Of a stretch of DNA of 64,000 nt, positions 11,708 to 23,800 are shown one piece after another. Position numbers and translations under genes: made by a program. The DNA is taken from positions 51,150,001-51,214,000 of the forward strand of contig OZ076419.1 of the NCBI GenBank assembly GCA_964187785.1, in the 5' to 3' direction. The stretch's first letter is position 1. The number at the start of each line of letters is the position of its first letter. The notes below the pieces were generated by a model that had not been told where the DNA came from, did no database searches, and saw only the letters and a program-made list of their open reading frames with translations. This DNA is from Amphiscolops sp. MND2022. Taxonomy: Eukaryota.

Positions 11708-14700
11708 ATAACTTTCATGATCCTCTTTTTATTGACTCTGCTATTGGACCTCCTATACTCCAAACAGTGAGAAATCCTTCTCAAACCAATACTATGACTG
11801 CTGAAATTCCCCGCACTTACCCGCAATTCAAAGTTGATCTCTTTCATTGTACATGATTCGTACCACGTATAAATTACAATTTCCACAGGACCGTGACTTC
11901 GATCAATATGTTGCCTACGCCTCCCAAAACAACTCTCATTTTGGCATAATGAATGTTTACGCTTTTTCCAATTTCGATTCAAGTTTTTAAAACAAACTCA
12001 TCATGAGTTTACCACTAACCCCCTTGATATTACAACTGCTCCCCCTGCTTAAAAACTCCATCATCAAACACATCGTCTCTTTCTAGAACAAAACCATCCA
12101 CAAAATTTGATTTTCCAAAACCACAAATTTACTTCAGCTTTCTCTCACCAGTCTCACTACTCCTTAACCCACCTCTACACCGTCGACCGTCGGCACAATA
12201 CGTAATTATGACCCGGTCAAACAATACTATATACGCGTTCCATGCCACGACCCTACCCGTCCTCTTTTTGTTCCTCAAGAAGCCTCAATCCTAACGATGA
12301 TTCCTTATAACCACTCATGTTCCCATTAGTTTTGCAAACTTCTTCCCGAAAACGAATAAATTAGACCAAACTCATCTTGATGACCACTCTCGCTCTCTTT
12401 ATACCTCGCTTGTACATAAAAACTACTCCATGTAACATATTCCTTCATAACCGCCAAACTTTCTTCTTTTATTTTGAAAAAAAAAACAAAACAAATACTT
12501 ACCAGCCACCACTAATATTCCTGATGAAATCAACAGCACTCTTCCTAAAGGTGTGTCCCTCTATACACAAATCTTGAATTTTCAACTGTACCTCATACTG
12601 TCAGTCCTAATGTTTGCAACAACTCTGTTTCTTGTCCAACCGACAAATTTGTCACTGAAAATCTAAATCTTTTCTGCCCATACGTTGAAGTTTCTCCTAC
12701 TACTGATTCTTGTCATTTTCAATCACATTTTTGACACGTACCGTAATAATCAAAGTCTTATTCAGCTCCACAGCAATGCTATCCAAACTCTGACTTTATC
12801 TGCAATTCATGTTGCGGATTTTCTAAAAAACCTTGATCTTCTTGAAACTCTAACTCAAATCGCTAATTTTTCTCAAACTTGCCTCCTTTTTAATTTCACT
12901 CCTTCTTTTTAAGTCTTCACTCATCTCCGCAATTTCATTTTACACGTTTTCAGCCATCAGGTAACAAACAAAAAATTCTTTTCAAAAGTTCTTCTTTCAA
13001 AAAATCTTTTCAAAAAACCGCTTTCACTTCCTCTTTTCTCATCATTTTGACAGCCTCAGCCTTATCATTAACTGCTCTTTCATTCACCTCTTCACTTCTC
13101 ACCAATGCAAACTTTGTCATTTCTCCTATCGTCTAAATGGCAGTTTTATATTGACATCTCGAACAATTACTATGATGATCACTTTTACAGTTTGACATTT
13201 TTGATCTCGCATCTTTTGTTCAATCATTTCATTTTAATTTTATCACATTTTCACAAACACCTCACTTGTACCTTATTCAAAAAGTGACAAAATCCGTATA
13301 TCGTTAACTTTTTCCTATCAAAACAAAATTGTTTCTTTTCATCAAAATTGTTTTTTTTTCATTTTTTCCATTTTGATTCATTTTCACTAGTAACTTTCTC
13401 TAGTTCACTCGTTGTTTTCAAGCAATTGGCATGTATAATAGTCTATGAATCCTCCCAATACCTCTATTATCAAACAGTTTGAAATTTCCAATAAATCTGA
13501 ATCAAAATAAGAGTGGAATCTTCCCATGGTTACTCTATCGTTGAAACATTGAGGCCGCTTTATGAAAACGTTTTATTTGGGACCCAGTTTATGAAAGTAT
13601 CTTGGATTCGTTTTTCATATTCTTCACCTCTTCGCCTCCTATCATAAAATTTATTCACAACACGACACAAACACATTTTAAACTAACCCCTAACAAAATT
13701 ATGTACATCTACAATAACATTAATCAAAGTTTTGTTTCAGTTATCACACTTACTCTTCATCTTCCGATAATGACATCTCTCTCATCTTCAACTCCTTAGC
13801 TGTCCTCCACGCTGGCGTACCCCATCTCAACAAGTTGGAGTCTCTTATGTCAGCGCCTGTTGCTTCACCTTAATCCATCTTCACTCTGCCCACATCCACT
13901 GTCATTTCCACTGTGTCTGCAAGTACGATATCTTAAACTTCGCGACTGCCACCCATTTCGTCACTGCTGCCCAGTGACACCCCGTCTTCAACATTTGCGC
14001 CTCTTCCTTTTTTGGCGCAAGATGTTGTTGCTGTTTTGACCCTTTTATCAACAAATCTCCGCAGTTCGTCAACTAACTCATGATTTGCAACAACGAAACC
14101 CCCGCCATCCAAAACGTCCACAGCTGGCCTCAGGTGAAGCTGGCTCGCTGACAAAAAAATAGTTCACACGGCTGCATATAACCAGAAACTAAATCAGGAT
14201 AAAAACGCTTTGAAACTTTTTGAACATTAAAACGATCAACTTCTCTCTGAACAAACTAATGAACTTAATGAAAACATCAAAATAATGCAGATACTACTAA
14301 GAATCATTTCAAACCCAGCCTCTAAACTAACAAAGTTCAAATCGCCGCTGTTTACACTACCCCTCCTTTTTTGCCACTCCATATCCAAATTTCACCTCCA
14401 TTAAGTGCCATAATTGCGAAAAATCCATCCAGTGCTATCCTGCTGATGCTGGCATTTACCCAATAATTATTGAACATATACATCTTTTTTCCCACTCCCC
14501 TCACCCCCTGCGCTAATCCGTACTAAATTCGAAACAACTACACCCCACGCCGCGAAATTCACTATATTATCTTGCCCCTTTGATAACATCTCTTCAAGAT
14601 GTTGTTTAACACTTTGATTGGCATGTAATAAACAAAAAAAAACTTTAATTTTAAACCGTGTAAACTTTTTTCCCACTGATCCAATTTCTTTCCTTAACCT

Positions 14701-14756
14701 CTTTTTTCCTCTCTTCATGTTTATACTTCTCAGGAAAGTTCAGAAATATATTTGGT

Positions 14757-16091
14757 TGTTACGACTCTTTATCGGGGTAGTTTGTAGTGCCGCCGTATTT
14801 GTTTTAACGGGCGTTGACGTTAGAGCAATGGAGATGATTTCAGTCTCAGAATTAGAATGTTGTATATTTAGTTGAGCAGATTGTTTTTTCTTAGACTGTG
14901 CTACAAGTTTCATTTTTCTTTTTGGTTTTCTAATTCCGAACATCCAGCAGGATCAATGATTCACCAAGACATTGTGTTAGCATAAATTTTGGAACACAGG
15001 GATAACGGAAACCTCATGTTGCCTTTGGTACATTTTAATATATAAGGTGGCAAACACCGTAAAGTATCATCTCCTAAAAGGTAAATGGCAACGTAAAATC
15101 AACGTAACTTCTTTATTGTGAATATAGCCTGGTTTAGCATTCATTGCTAATGTCAAGGTTTTCTAATCCTATCTTACAGTACAGGTTTTCATGGAGTAAA
15201 ACTATTCTTAAATTACATGAAGCAACAAGTAAAAAAGGAATCACATTCGAAAATCCTCTGAGTTGTTTTTTCTTGGTTTTGATTTCATAATTCAATCCGT
15301 AGACGCTCCGCACATTTTCGGATTAGGCAGATTCTTTCAATCCTTCAATTTGCTCCGTAACTGCTTCGTACGTATTAAGATTAGTCGTCGCTAAGCGGTG
15401 GTCGACGGAGATGTAGGGGAGCGCGAATTCACTTTCACTAAGCTAGTTGGCGTTGCTATGGTGACGTTCTTATTAGATCATGTTTGCGTCTTATTGGAAT
15501 GAGCTCAAATATTTCAGCTAGGGGACAACGCTATTGGTCCGTATAAAGAGAAACACCAGCTACTGGCTGAACAGAGTGACGCTGTGATTACGATGTAATT
15601 CTTTGCTTAAATCAATTGACTGTACTTTAAGTGAATTCTGACAACTACTTTTAATCTTTGGAAAATAATCCACTGCATTTTGTATGTTTTTTCATTTTAG
15701 ATCGCATGAACTGCGTTATAAATACGGAGGTTTTTTTGCTCCTGCTATTTCAGGGTGGAAAAGAACCAATTTTCTGCGACTCAATTTATTTCTGTTTTGT
15801 TATTTAGATTGGCATGTTAAAATTCAGAAGATGAGACCGGAAATAAAAATACTCACGTGTAACAATTAGACTGGAAGTTTTAGCTAGATCAAGATCCTTC
15901 GCTAAACTGTTCCGTAACGCTTACGTTGTTTTATTGTTCAAAATATTGCCAGCCAATAGTTTAGCTGTACTGTAAGTGGAATTTTTTAGTTCTAAGATTA
16001 AACGTACTTGCTGTATCCATGCCTGTTCCTCTTGAAAATCCTGGAATGCCTGGTCAGCAAGTGTATTTACGGCCGGGAGCGGGACGTGACG
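14757..16091 (-). repeat. E1 3' LTR (with ~880 bp internal deletion relative to the 5' LTR)
   Basis: Aligns to 26644-26820 and 27700-28861; ends tgttacgac.. and ..gggacgtgac(g). Confidence 0.8.
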
Positions 16092-16099
16092 AGGCGCCT

Positions 16100-16715
16100 C
16101 TCGCTTTGAAAGCAGGTAGTCCGTTGCAGTGAGGGATTTCTTTAACTACCGTTACAGGTTGTTTTCGGCACCTAGTTATTTTGGTCGATGTAAGTCTGCT
16201 CCCTCGGCCGACCAACGTATAGAGAGACCGGCTCTCTCAAGTTAAGTTCCACGTTTCTTCTAATTCAGCAACTGACGGGTCATCTAGGTCATTTAGTTTG
16301 TCAATCTTCTGAGGAGGTTCGTATTCCGTGGGGCTCACGTTGGTTATGTCCCTTAGAACAGGTGTGGGCTCTAAAGGGGGCAATTGTAGAGGCGATTCGG
16401 GCTCTTTGAAGTAGCTGCTCTCTGAATTGACTCTACCGTGGCTTTCCACAACAAATTCGTCCTCGCCAGGACTAGAGTCAACTGCGGCAGGTTGGAAGCA
16501 TGGTCCGAATTTTCGCAGCAATGTTCCGGGTTCAAAAGTTGAAGCGGTTTCGTCTGCCCTCGCTTCGCTTCCTTTTTTGCCACCGTGGATACTACGCTCA
16601 GGTTCAGTGCCGCGATCATATTCAGCAGATAAAATTTAATAGGCCTGCTCTGGTGTAGTGGGGCTTCTTCTTCATCTGACGAGATGTTGATGATTGAATT
16701 AAGCAGACTGCCCAT
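16100..16715 (-). pseudogene. E1 3' sense accessory ORF (ORF3) relic
   Basis: Fragments MGSLLNSIINISSDEEE and an acidic/Pro-rich 16237-16521 frame, in the same position as E2 ORF3 (VIDISSGSED). A frame upstream of the LTR reads into it (AFKARGASSRP). Confidence 0.4.
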
Positions 16716-17126
16716 TTTTGTGTTTTCAGTAGTGCGAAGGCTTTGTTTTTGATTTTCACGTGCAGATTAGGTTTAGCTAGCCAAGCTGATTTTATTGACT
16801 TTTGACCGGCAAATGACCGTTTGAGTTTTCCTTTTCTGTGATGTTTCCTGTATTTTCAATGGTTGATTTCCCTTCGGTTTCGTTCCGGTTCGTCTTGACT
16901 TTGTTGAAAGCGTTTTGCTTCCGTCTGCACTGATTGGCTAACAAATGAAGGGAAAAGTTTTTAGTTTAATCTTCGTTTTCTTCTGCTACGTCGTTATGAC
17001 GTCGTCAATTTTCGTCAAGGAATTACTACCACGTGACGTCATTATTTAAAAGTTGTTTCTTCTTTTCTAAGTGTTCTTTTCTTTTTCAGATTCCTTTGAG
17101 GAGTTCGTTATTCTTTGTTTGTGGAG

Positions 17127-20100
17127 ATGGGAGACGAAGAATCAGTTCCCCCTACAGGCCCTACTTTGGGATTTGTCAGTGGGAATGAAACCGTGTTTGG
17201 ATACAGTGATGACGACATGATTCCGTCTGGGTCCCAGGTTGGTAAAATCTTTCTGACTTCCATGGGTAATAGACGTTTGTTTTTGGTGATCAGCCTTTGT
17301 AGTCTTACACGAATACCTGACGCGTCTGAACCAGATTTTGATTTTCAGTAACTCAACCTGTTGCTTCTTCGACTGTTCCCGGAGACAATGCGGAGGGGTC
17401 CTGCCCAGCTACAGTGGAATTGTTTAAGACTTCCACTACTGTCTTGCCCTCTATTTGTGACGTTTTGCCAGCTGTCCGGACTTGTTCCGTTAATGAGACA
17501 TTAACTTCGTGTTAACTGTTCCCGAGCTTGTGACTTCTCACCCTGTTACGGTTAGCAGTTATGCCGTTGTTCCATCGTCAGTTCCTGTTTTAGCTGATTC
17601 TCGGTAAGGGGGTGTTGATACTACCCCTAGCTGTCTACCGATAGCGAGTCTCAATGAGGTCTCAATGAGGTGAGACCGATCCCTCCGCCGAAAAGTAGTC
17701 GGGTGAGTTGATGGGTATATTCTGATCATTATCACTCTAGGGCGAGGTGTAACGTGCAATATTGTTCCTGGTTTGTGTGTTATTAGGGTCGGAAGGGCGT
17801 TCCGCTGGAAAACCGGTCGTGAATTTGTACCACCTCCTTCGAGCCCTCCACCGTTGACGCGAGCACCTGGAGGCTGGAACAGACTGCTCTTGTTGGCGGT
17901 ATGATGTTCAATTCTGAGGATTTGATGCGATTTAGTCAGTGTTTGGTAGATGAGGCGGAGAATCAGACTATCCGGAGCGGTATGTTTTCAATTTAGTTGT
18001 TGTTGATGGGCTTGTTGAATTTGATTATCTTCTGTTCGTTGGGCTTGTCTTTGATTGCTTGTGTTGGATTGTGGGTTTTCCTCTTTCCTCGAAAAAATTG
18101 TATAAGTGTATGTTATAGGTTTCCGTGAACTCAGCGAAAAGGTTGAGAGCCAACTGAACAAGAAAGTGCCTAAAAAGTACAGTAGTCACAAGTTGTTGCA
18201 TCGTCGCATGATGGATCTCCATCCTGCCTATAGAAGCTTCGTGAGTGGGGCAAAGAACGGCCAGGCAACTTCCATTGTCTGGTATGTCGTCGTGATGTGG
18301 CTATGAAGGCGCATGGTTCTGGCGAATTTGGTCGACCTTCCGAATCCGATAAGCATTGGTTCAAAGATGTAACCTATAGGGTGCAAATGGGCTTACCTGT
18401 GCTTAATCGCCTAATGGAGCCTATGGAGTTGACTGAGAGTCAGTTAGCTGAGTATCGAGCTAAGCCTTTTGAAGATCGCGGTGAAGTATATCCTTTTCCT
18501 GAAGACCTTCTGTCAAAGCATTCCCGCGTTGAATCTAAAGTTTCATTCATGACCTTCGTATTATGCCTGGGTGAACTTTTTCGCATTTTCGCAGTGGCGG
18601 GGTTTTACTTCCTTGCGGCGACTGTGGGGGCATTTTTGTTCGTCTTTGGGTGATCGGAAGACTGAATTGGTTCTGAATTTGAGACGTTCGGAGACCGTGG
18701 TATAGTATTTTTCTTTGTTTCCGATTGTTTTACGTTCTATGTTGTTTCAGTTTTGGTTGGTTTGTTAAAATTACGCGCATTGTACTGCTTGTTGGTAATG
18801 GTATTTGTATTTTTAGTAGATTCTGTGCCATCCCTGGCCCCTCGTGTGTTGTGGTTGATGGCCAAGCATCTTACATCCTTCAGAGGGTATAGTTTGCAGT
18901 TCGAGAAGTCGTCGTTCGTGGAGTATTGTTATGTATTTTGTTGGTAAGACAACCATTTGAGAAAGGTGTGTGTTGGTAAAGAGTCTTTGGAACAGCCCGT
19001 CCCCATTGCGGAGCTGGAGCCTCTGTCGCGAGTTGTGTGTAGTCATCCCTCTAAACTGTTGTCGATTGCCAATTCTGGTGCGAGTCCATCATTGGTCCGT
19101 CTTCTGGGAAAAACCAGCGAGGATGGTCGTGGTTTCGTTGTCTATCAGGCCTTCAGTGAAGACATTTTCTTGCAGTGCTTCCGACAGGTCCACCAGGATG
19201 TCTTGCGTTTGGTGGAAGTGGTGACGATTGTCGACTATGTTGTACAGCGTCTAAAGATTGCTTTGTACGAGAAATGGGCGGAGGATAAAACAGTGTTGCG
19301 CAAATATATTCGGCAAGGTTTGGTCAATTTTGGTGACTATCGTACTCTGCTGACTGAGTTGATCGATCTGCTGGGCTGTCGATTCGGCCCTATATTTGCT
19401 GCACTGGGAATCCCGAAGCGGAAGAAAAAGCAGATAGTATAGCATGTTTGGTTGTTATGAATTGGGGTAGGCCTGGTTTGTGAGTGACTTTGGCTTGCTT
19501 TTCGATGAGAGTACCAGACTTGCATCTAACTGCCAATGATATGATTACATATCGATTCGGGCTGTTACGTTTCGTGAACGATACCTGTAAGTTTTGTGTT
19601 GAGACTGGTGGATTGTGTTTGGGTGTTTGATTGTGTCTGCTTTTCTATCTTCTGTTCCGGCTGTTGTTCGTGACTTGCGTTTTGGTCCTGGATTCCTAAG
19701 TTGATTTATAGTTTGTCTGTTTTAGTTTTCAACAACTTTGAGAAGTGACGACAGTGCCGGGAGGATTACGGGTTTCACGATTATGGCGAACTATTTCATT
19801 TCGTCTACTGCCTCTTGATGAAAACTCGGGACATTTCTAGTTTGCATGCTATCCACAATTGGGAAGAGTATAAGGATCACGAAAAGCTTGCTCAATTCCC
19901 TATTGCTCTCATTGAATCTTTCCTTTAGAACTGTGCCTTTGGGCGATCACTGTCTGCTGGTAAAACGACTGAAGTCCGACAATTACGTGGGCGCTGCAGG
20001 GAGTGCCTTGATCGTTTAGTGTTCGTCATTTTGAGTAATTCCGCAGTTTCATCGAGAGTCGCACGCAGCCTGAGCTGTTTTTGTGCCGCGATTATGCTCG

Positions 20101-20870
20101 AAGGGGATGATCACACAGTATTGCGTCTTTTTGCTGAGTTGACTAGTGTGCTAGAGGCTTGTGGACTGTTAGCTTCTGATGAGGCGAAGCCAGCAGTTGA
20201 GCAGTTCGGCAGCTACATCGTGGAGAAGCGGAGACAGCACGATTGTTCCAATACATCTGCTAGTGAGATTGTCCATGTGGTGGAGTACTTACTACGTGAT
20301 TTCAGTCTCCAGGCACGTCATCATGTTTGCCGTTTTTTGAAGCTGTGTTTTGTTGTTATGGGGTGTTCTTGCTGAGTTCGTCGGCAGGTAACCTTTGATG
20401 TGGGACGCAGTTAGATCAATGAAGACGTTTATCAAGACTGCCTCCGAATTGTGCAAAGTTACGTTTTGAGTCCTGGGTTTTGTCCATAGTCAGTTTTTAC
20501 AGAGTCAACGATGGGTGCAGTTCGCGATGCCATTGAGAGTGCTGGGATGTTTTCCGTTACGCCTACTTATAAAGTTTGGAAGGACGTTTGTGATTCCGGA
20601 CTGAAATTGTTTGTGGCTCAGTGTAAGAAGTCATATGATATATATTTCTTGGAACGTCGTAAATCTTATGAGCATCATTATGTGGATTGCAATAGAGCAG
20701 TACTACCAGTTCAGATAAGAAGAGTTCCAGGGGCGATGTTCAAAAGTTGAGATCTGTGAGAAAAACAGCATCTTCTTCGGCAAGGCCCTCGGTAATAGTG
20801 CTGGTAGTCAAAAAAAGAAGAAACCACCGAAAACTGATGATCCGGACGTCGTTCATCGAGTAAAGTGATG
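17127..20870 (+). pseudogene. E1 antisense BED-finger/hAT-like cargo gene, decayed
   Basis: ATG 17127 (MGDEESVPP); FHCLVCRRDVAMKAHGSGEFGR.SESDKHW (18270-18360); MAKHLTSFRGYSLQFEK (18858-18910); FGDYRTLLTELIDLLG; and SRVARSLSCFC..ARHHVCRFLKLC (20019-20375). All are collinear with the intact E3 antisense protein. Confidence 0.85.
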
Positions 20871-20890
20871 ACTAGAGTATTTCAAGGACT

Positions 20891-23800
20891 TCATTGGATG
20901 CTTGGGTTTTCTATAGGCGGTGGAGACAAAATATAGGGGTTGTCGCTGACGTCCAGATTAATTGACGTAACATTGTCGGATGATGTTCTATCCTCTTCAG
21001 TATTTTCAACTGTGACTGTTTTAACTACTTCATTTTCCGATGTAATTGCGTCATCTTCTGTTTTGTCCGTGATTTCTGTGATTGTAGTTTCTTCTGGTGT
21101 TTTTGCTGTAGGTGTTCCGAACAGAACTTCTCCGAATTCGGTTTCCCAAGCTTGCGCGCACCAATCATTGTGAGTTGTTTTAACCTCTGGATCTGGAAGA
21201 TAATCTTCCCCTTTGACTGTTACGTCAGGTACTCGCTGATTGGGCGCATATAACATTAGGCCACTTCTATAGAGGGTTTGTGTGTATGTTGTACCCGTTC
21301 TGCGCACGAGGTAATTTTTATTTGGAAGCACTTTGACTACTATATAAGGTCCAGTCCAAATGCAATCATTGAAGGCGAATTTCATTGACTGGTTTTCAGC
21401 TTTCGGGGTGAGAACGTGGCACTAGTCGTTGACTTTGAGTGGCGTGGCGGTTGCTTTCTTGTCATAACATCCTTTGTACTAGATGTAGAACTGCATTAGG
21501 TTATCTTTGCGACTTGGTAAATTTCTGCTATCTGTTTCTGTATTTCGTCCGTCAGATCTTGGTTATTTTCTTTCTTCCATTCTGGTTTTAGTCCTAGTTT
21601 GATCTCCAGAATTTTATACGGAATTCGTCCGTGGAACACTGTTGTAGGTTCGCAGCCCCAACTTCCATGGTAGCTTGTATTGTAATTCATGACTGCTATT
21701 TGTACATATTTGTGACACATTTAACGTCGTTCCCTCATTGTTTTTTAGCGAAGTCTTGAGAGAAGCATAAGTTCGTTCGAGTATGCCAATTGCTTGAGCG
21801 TGTTTTGTTGATGCGTGGATCATCCGTATGTCAAGTGTTTGGGCTATCTGGTTGACTATTTCTGATCGGAATTGTGATGCTTTATCACTCAGTATGACCG
21901 TCGGTAGGTAGAAGTGTCTTCTCCTTACGTCGATGATGCGACGCGCTACTGTTTTGGCGATCATATCTTGTGTCGGGTAGGCGAAACGGTAGCGTGAAAA
22001 AACATCCATCATCGTTTTGATATATTGGTATCCGTCTGATGAGGGTAGATTTGGAAGTATGTCAATTTCCAGACAATCTTTTGGTCCCATCGTGAATTCA
22101 GTGTGTTGCTCATCAATTTGGGACGTATCTGTCTCGTGTCGATTCTCTTGTTAGCGATACAGTCTGGACAGCTGGTTACCCAAGCTCTGATTTTCCGTGC
22201 TAGTCCCGGGAAGTAATACTTGGCTCTGTATTCCTGTATCATCTTCGTCTTTCCTGGATGTTTATTTGTTTTCCCATGCAGAGTGGACAGAAGTTCGGGG
22301 ACTATAGGTTTTGGTATTATTATTTGAAGGCGGGTGACCGTTCCATCATCTCCGTAGTATTTCCGCATGAGTACGCCATCTTTCATATTTATTCTTTCTT
22401 CAAGGCGTAATAAGTTCCTCGCTGTTCCGTTTTGAGAAGGTCTTTGTCGTATTCTTTGACTTGTAATCGCAGTTTGAGCACTTTGAGGAGTGGATCTGGG
22501 TCTTACTCGATTCTGATGCGAGCGATGTCTTTGATGGCTCCGAACGTGTAGACTGCGTAGTTGAGCGGTACTTTGATGACTTCAGTAACTTTCGTTGATA
22601 GTTCTTGTTCGTTGTCGTCAGTAGCACGTTGTTTGCTAAGTGCTTTTCTAGCAAAAATTACTTGTTCCGGTTCATCTTCTTCATCTGTTAGGAAGAAAAA
22701 TTGTTCTTCCTCGGCAACGTGTGTCGCTTGGAGGTTTACTTCTTTGGTTGACGTTAGAATGTCGTCTCGTAGCTTCAGTTGAATTTTTTTGGGAGTCAGT
22801 TCCAGTCGGGAGAGGAAATCTGCTGCCGTATCTTGTGAGCGTCCTACGTGCATGATACGGAAATTGAACTCTAAGACGTAGTCGAAGGCATTCCACAGTC
22901 CAGGTGGTGTTGTTTTCGTTTGGAAAAACCTGGTGACTGAACTGTTATGAACTGTTATCTGTTCGTACAAGTGTCGGTAACGATGTTTCCCACAGGACGT
23001 GACTATATTCGAGAAAAGCGTGATATATAGCAAGAAATTCTTTGCAGTATATAGACATTTTTAATTGGGCTGGTGAGAAGACACGTGATCCGAACGCTAG
23101 TGGTGCAAAAGTTTTTCTTTTTGAGAGGAGTTTCCGTTCATCGTTTTCCTCTTTCATGAGCGCATAACCTGATGCACGGAAGCTCGCATCGGTCATAAGG
23201 ACGTATTGCTTTCCAGCTACGGGATGTCGCAGTGCTAGCCCACACGTTTCCGATAGGCTGGCGTTGCTTTCTTTGAAGTTGTCGACTAGTGCTTCGGAAG
23301 TTCTGATTTTGGCGTCCGCTTTTAGGAGTTCGTACAGACCGATGAGTTTTTTTCTGAGACAAGCGGTATGTAGTTGCGATAGTAGTTTACTAACGGATGT
23401 ATTTTTGGACCTGCTTCTTTGATTTTGGGAAACGTACCCTGGACAGAAAACATTGGACTTTTTGGTCTTGCGGCGCCACTCCGTCAGGGGTGATTGTTCT
23501 GCCAAAAAAATTCAACTTGGGTTAATCCAAAGTGGCCTTTCTCGATTGCAAGTTTGAGACCTGCATCTCCTATGCACTTGAAGACTGCTCTGATGTTTTT
23601 GATGAGCTGTTCCGTTTTATTTGCGGCGATCCCGATGTGATCGACATATTGTGCACACTGATTTGCTTTGATGACTGAGTCAAGGTTCTCACGCATGAAA
23701 CTCTAAGCAAGCAATTCTACTGACCTTCGATCTGCCATTTGAAGGCAGTGATAGGCTTGGGAGCAGTCAAGTTTACAGAACTGTTTTTTCCCTGCTAGGG

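Larger units (their letters stand above)
2742..13300 (+). mobile_element. E0: decayed env-bearing Ty3/Gypsy-like LTR retroelement (right boundary approximate; no 3' LTR found)
   Basis: In order: PBS-like TGGTGCGACC at 2821, gag-like relic, integrase relic, env-like relic. Uniform C/T-rich strand bias with many stops and frameshifts. Confidence 0.7.

Noticed and set aside
14740-14943. Independent small gene (67 aa ORF)
   Set aside because: It is the Gag N-terminal remnant carried by the E1 3' LTR.
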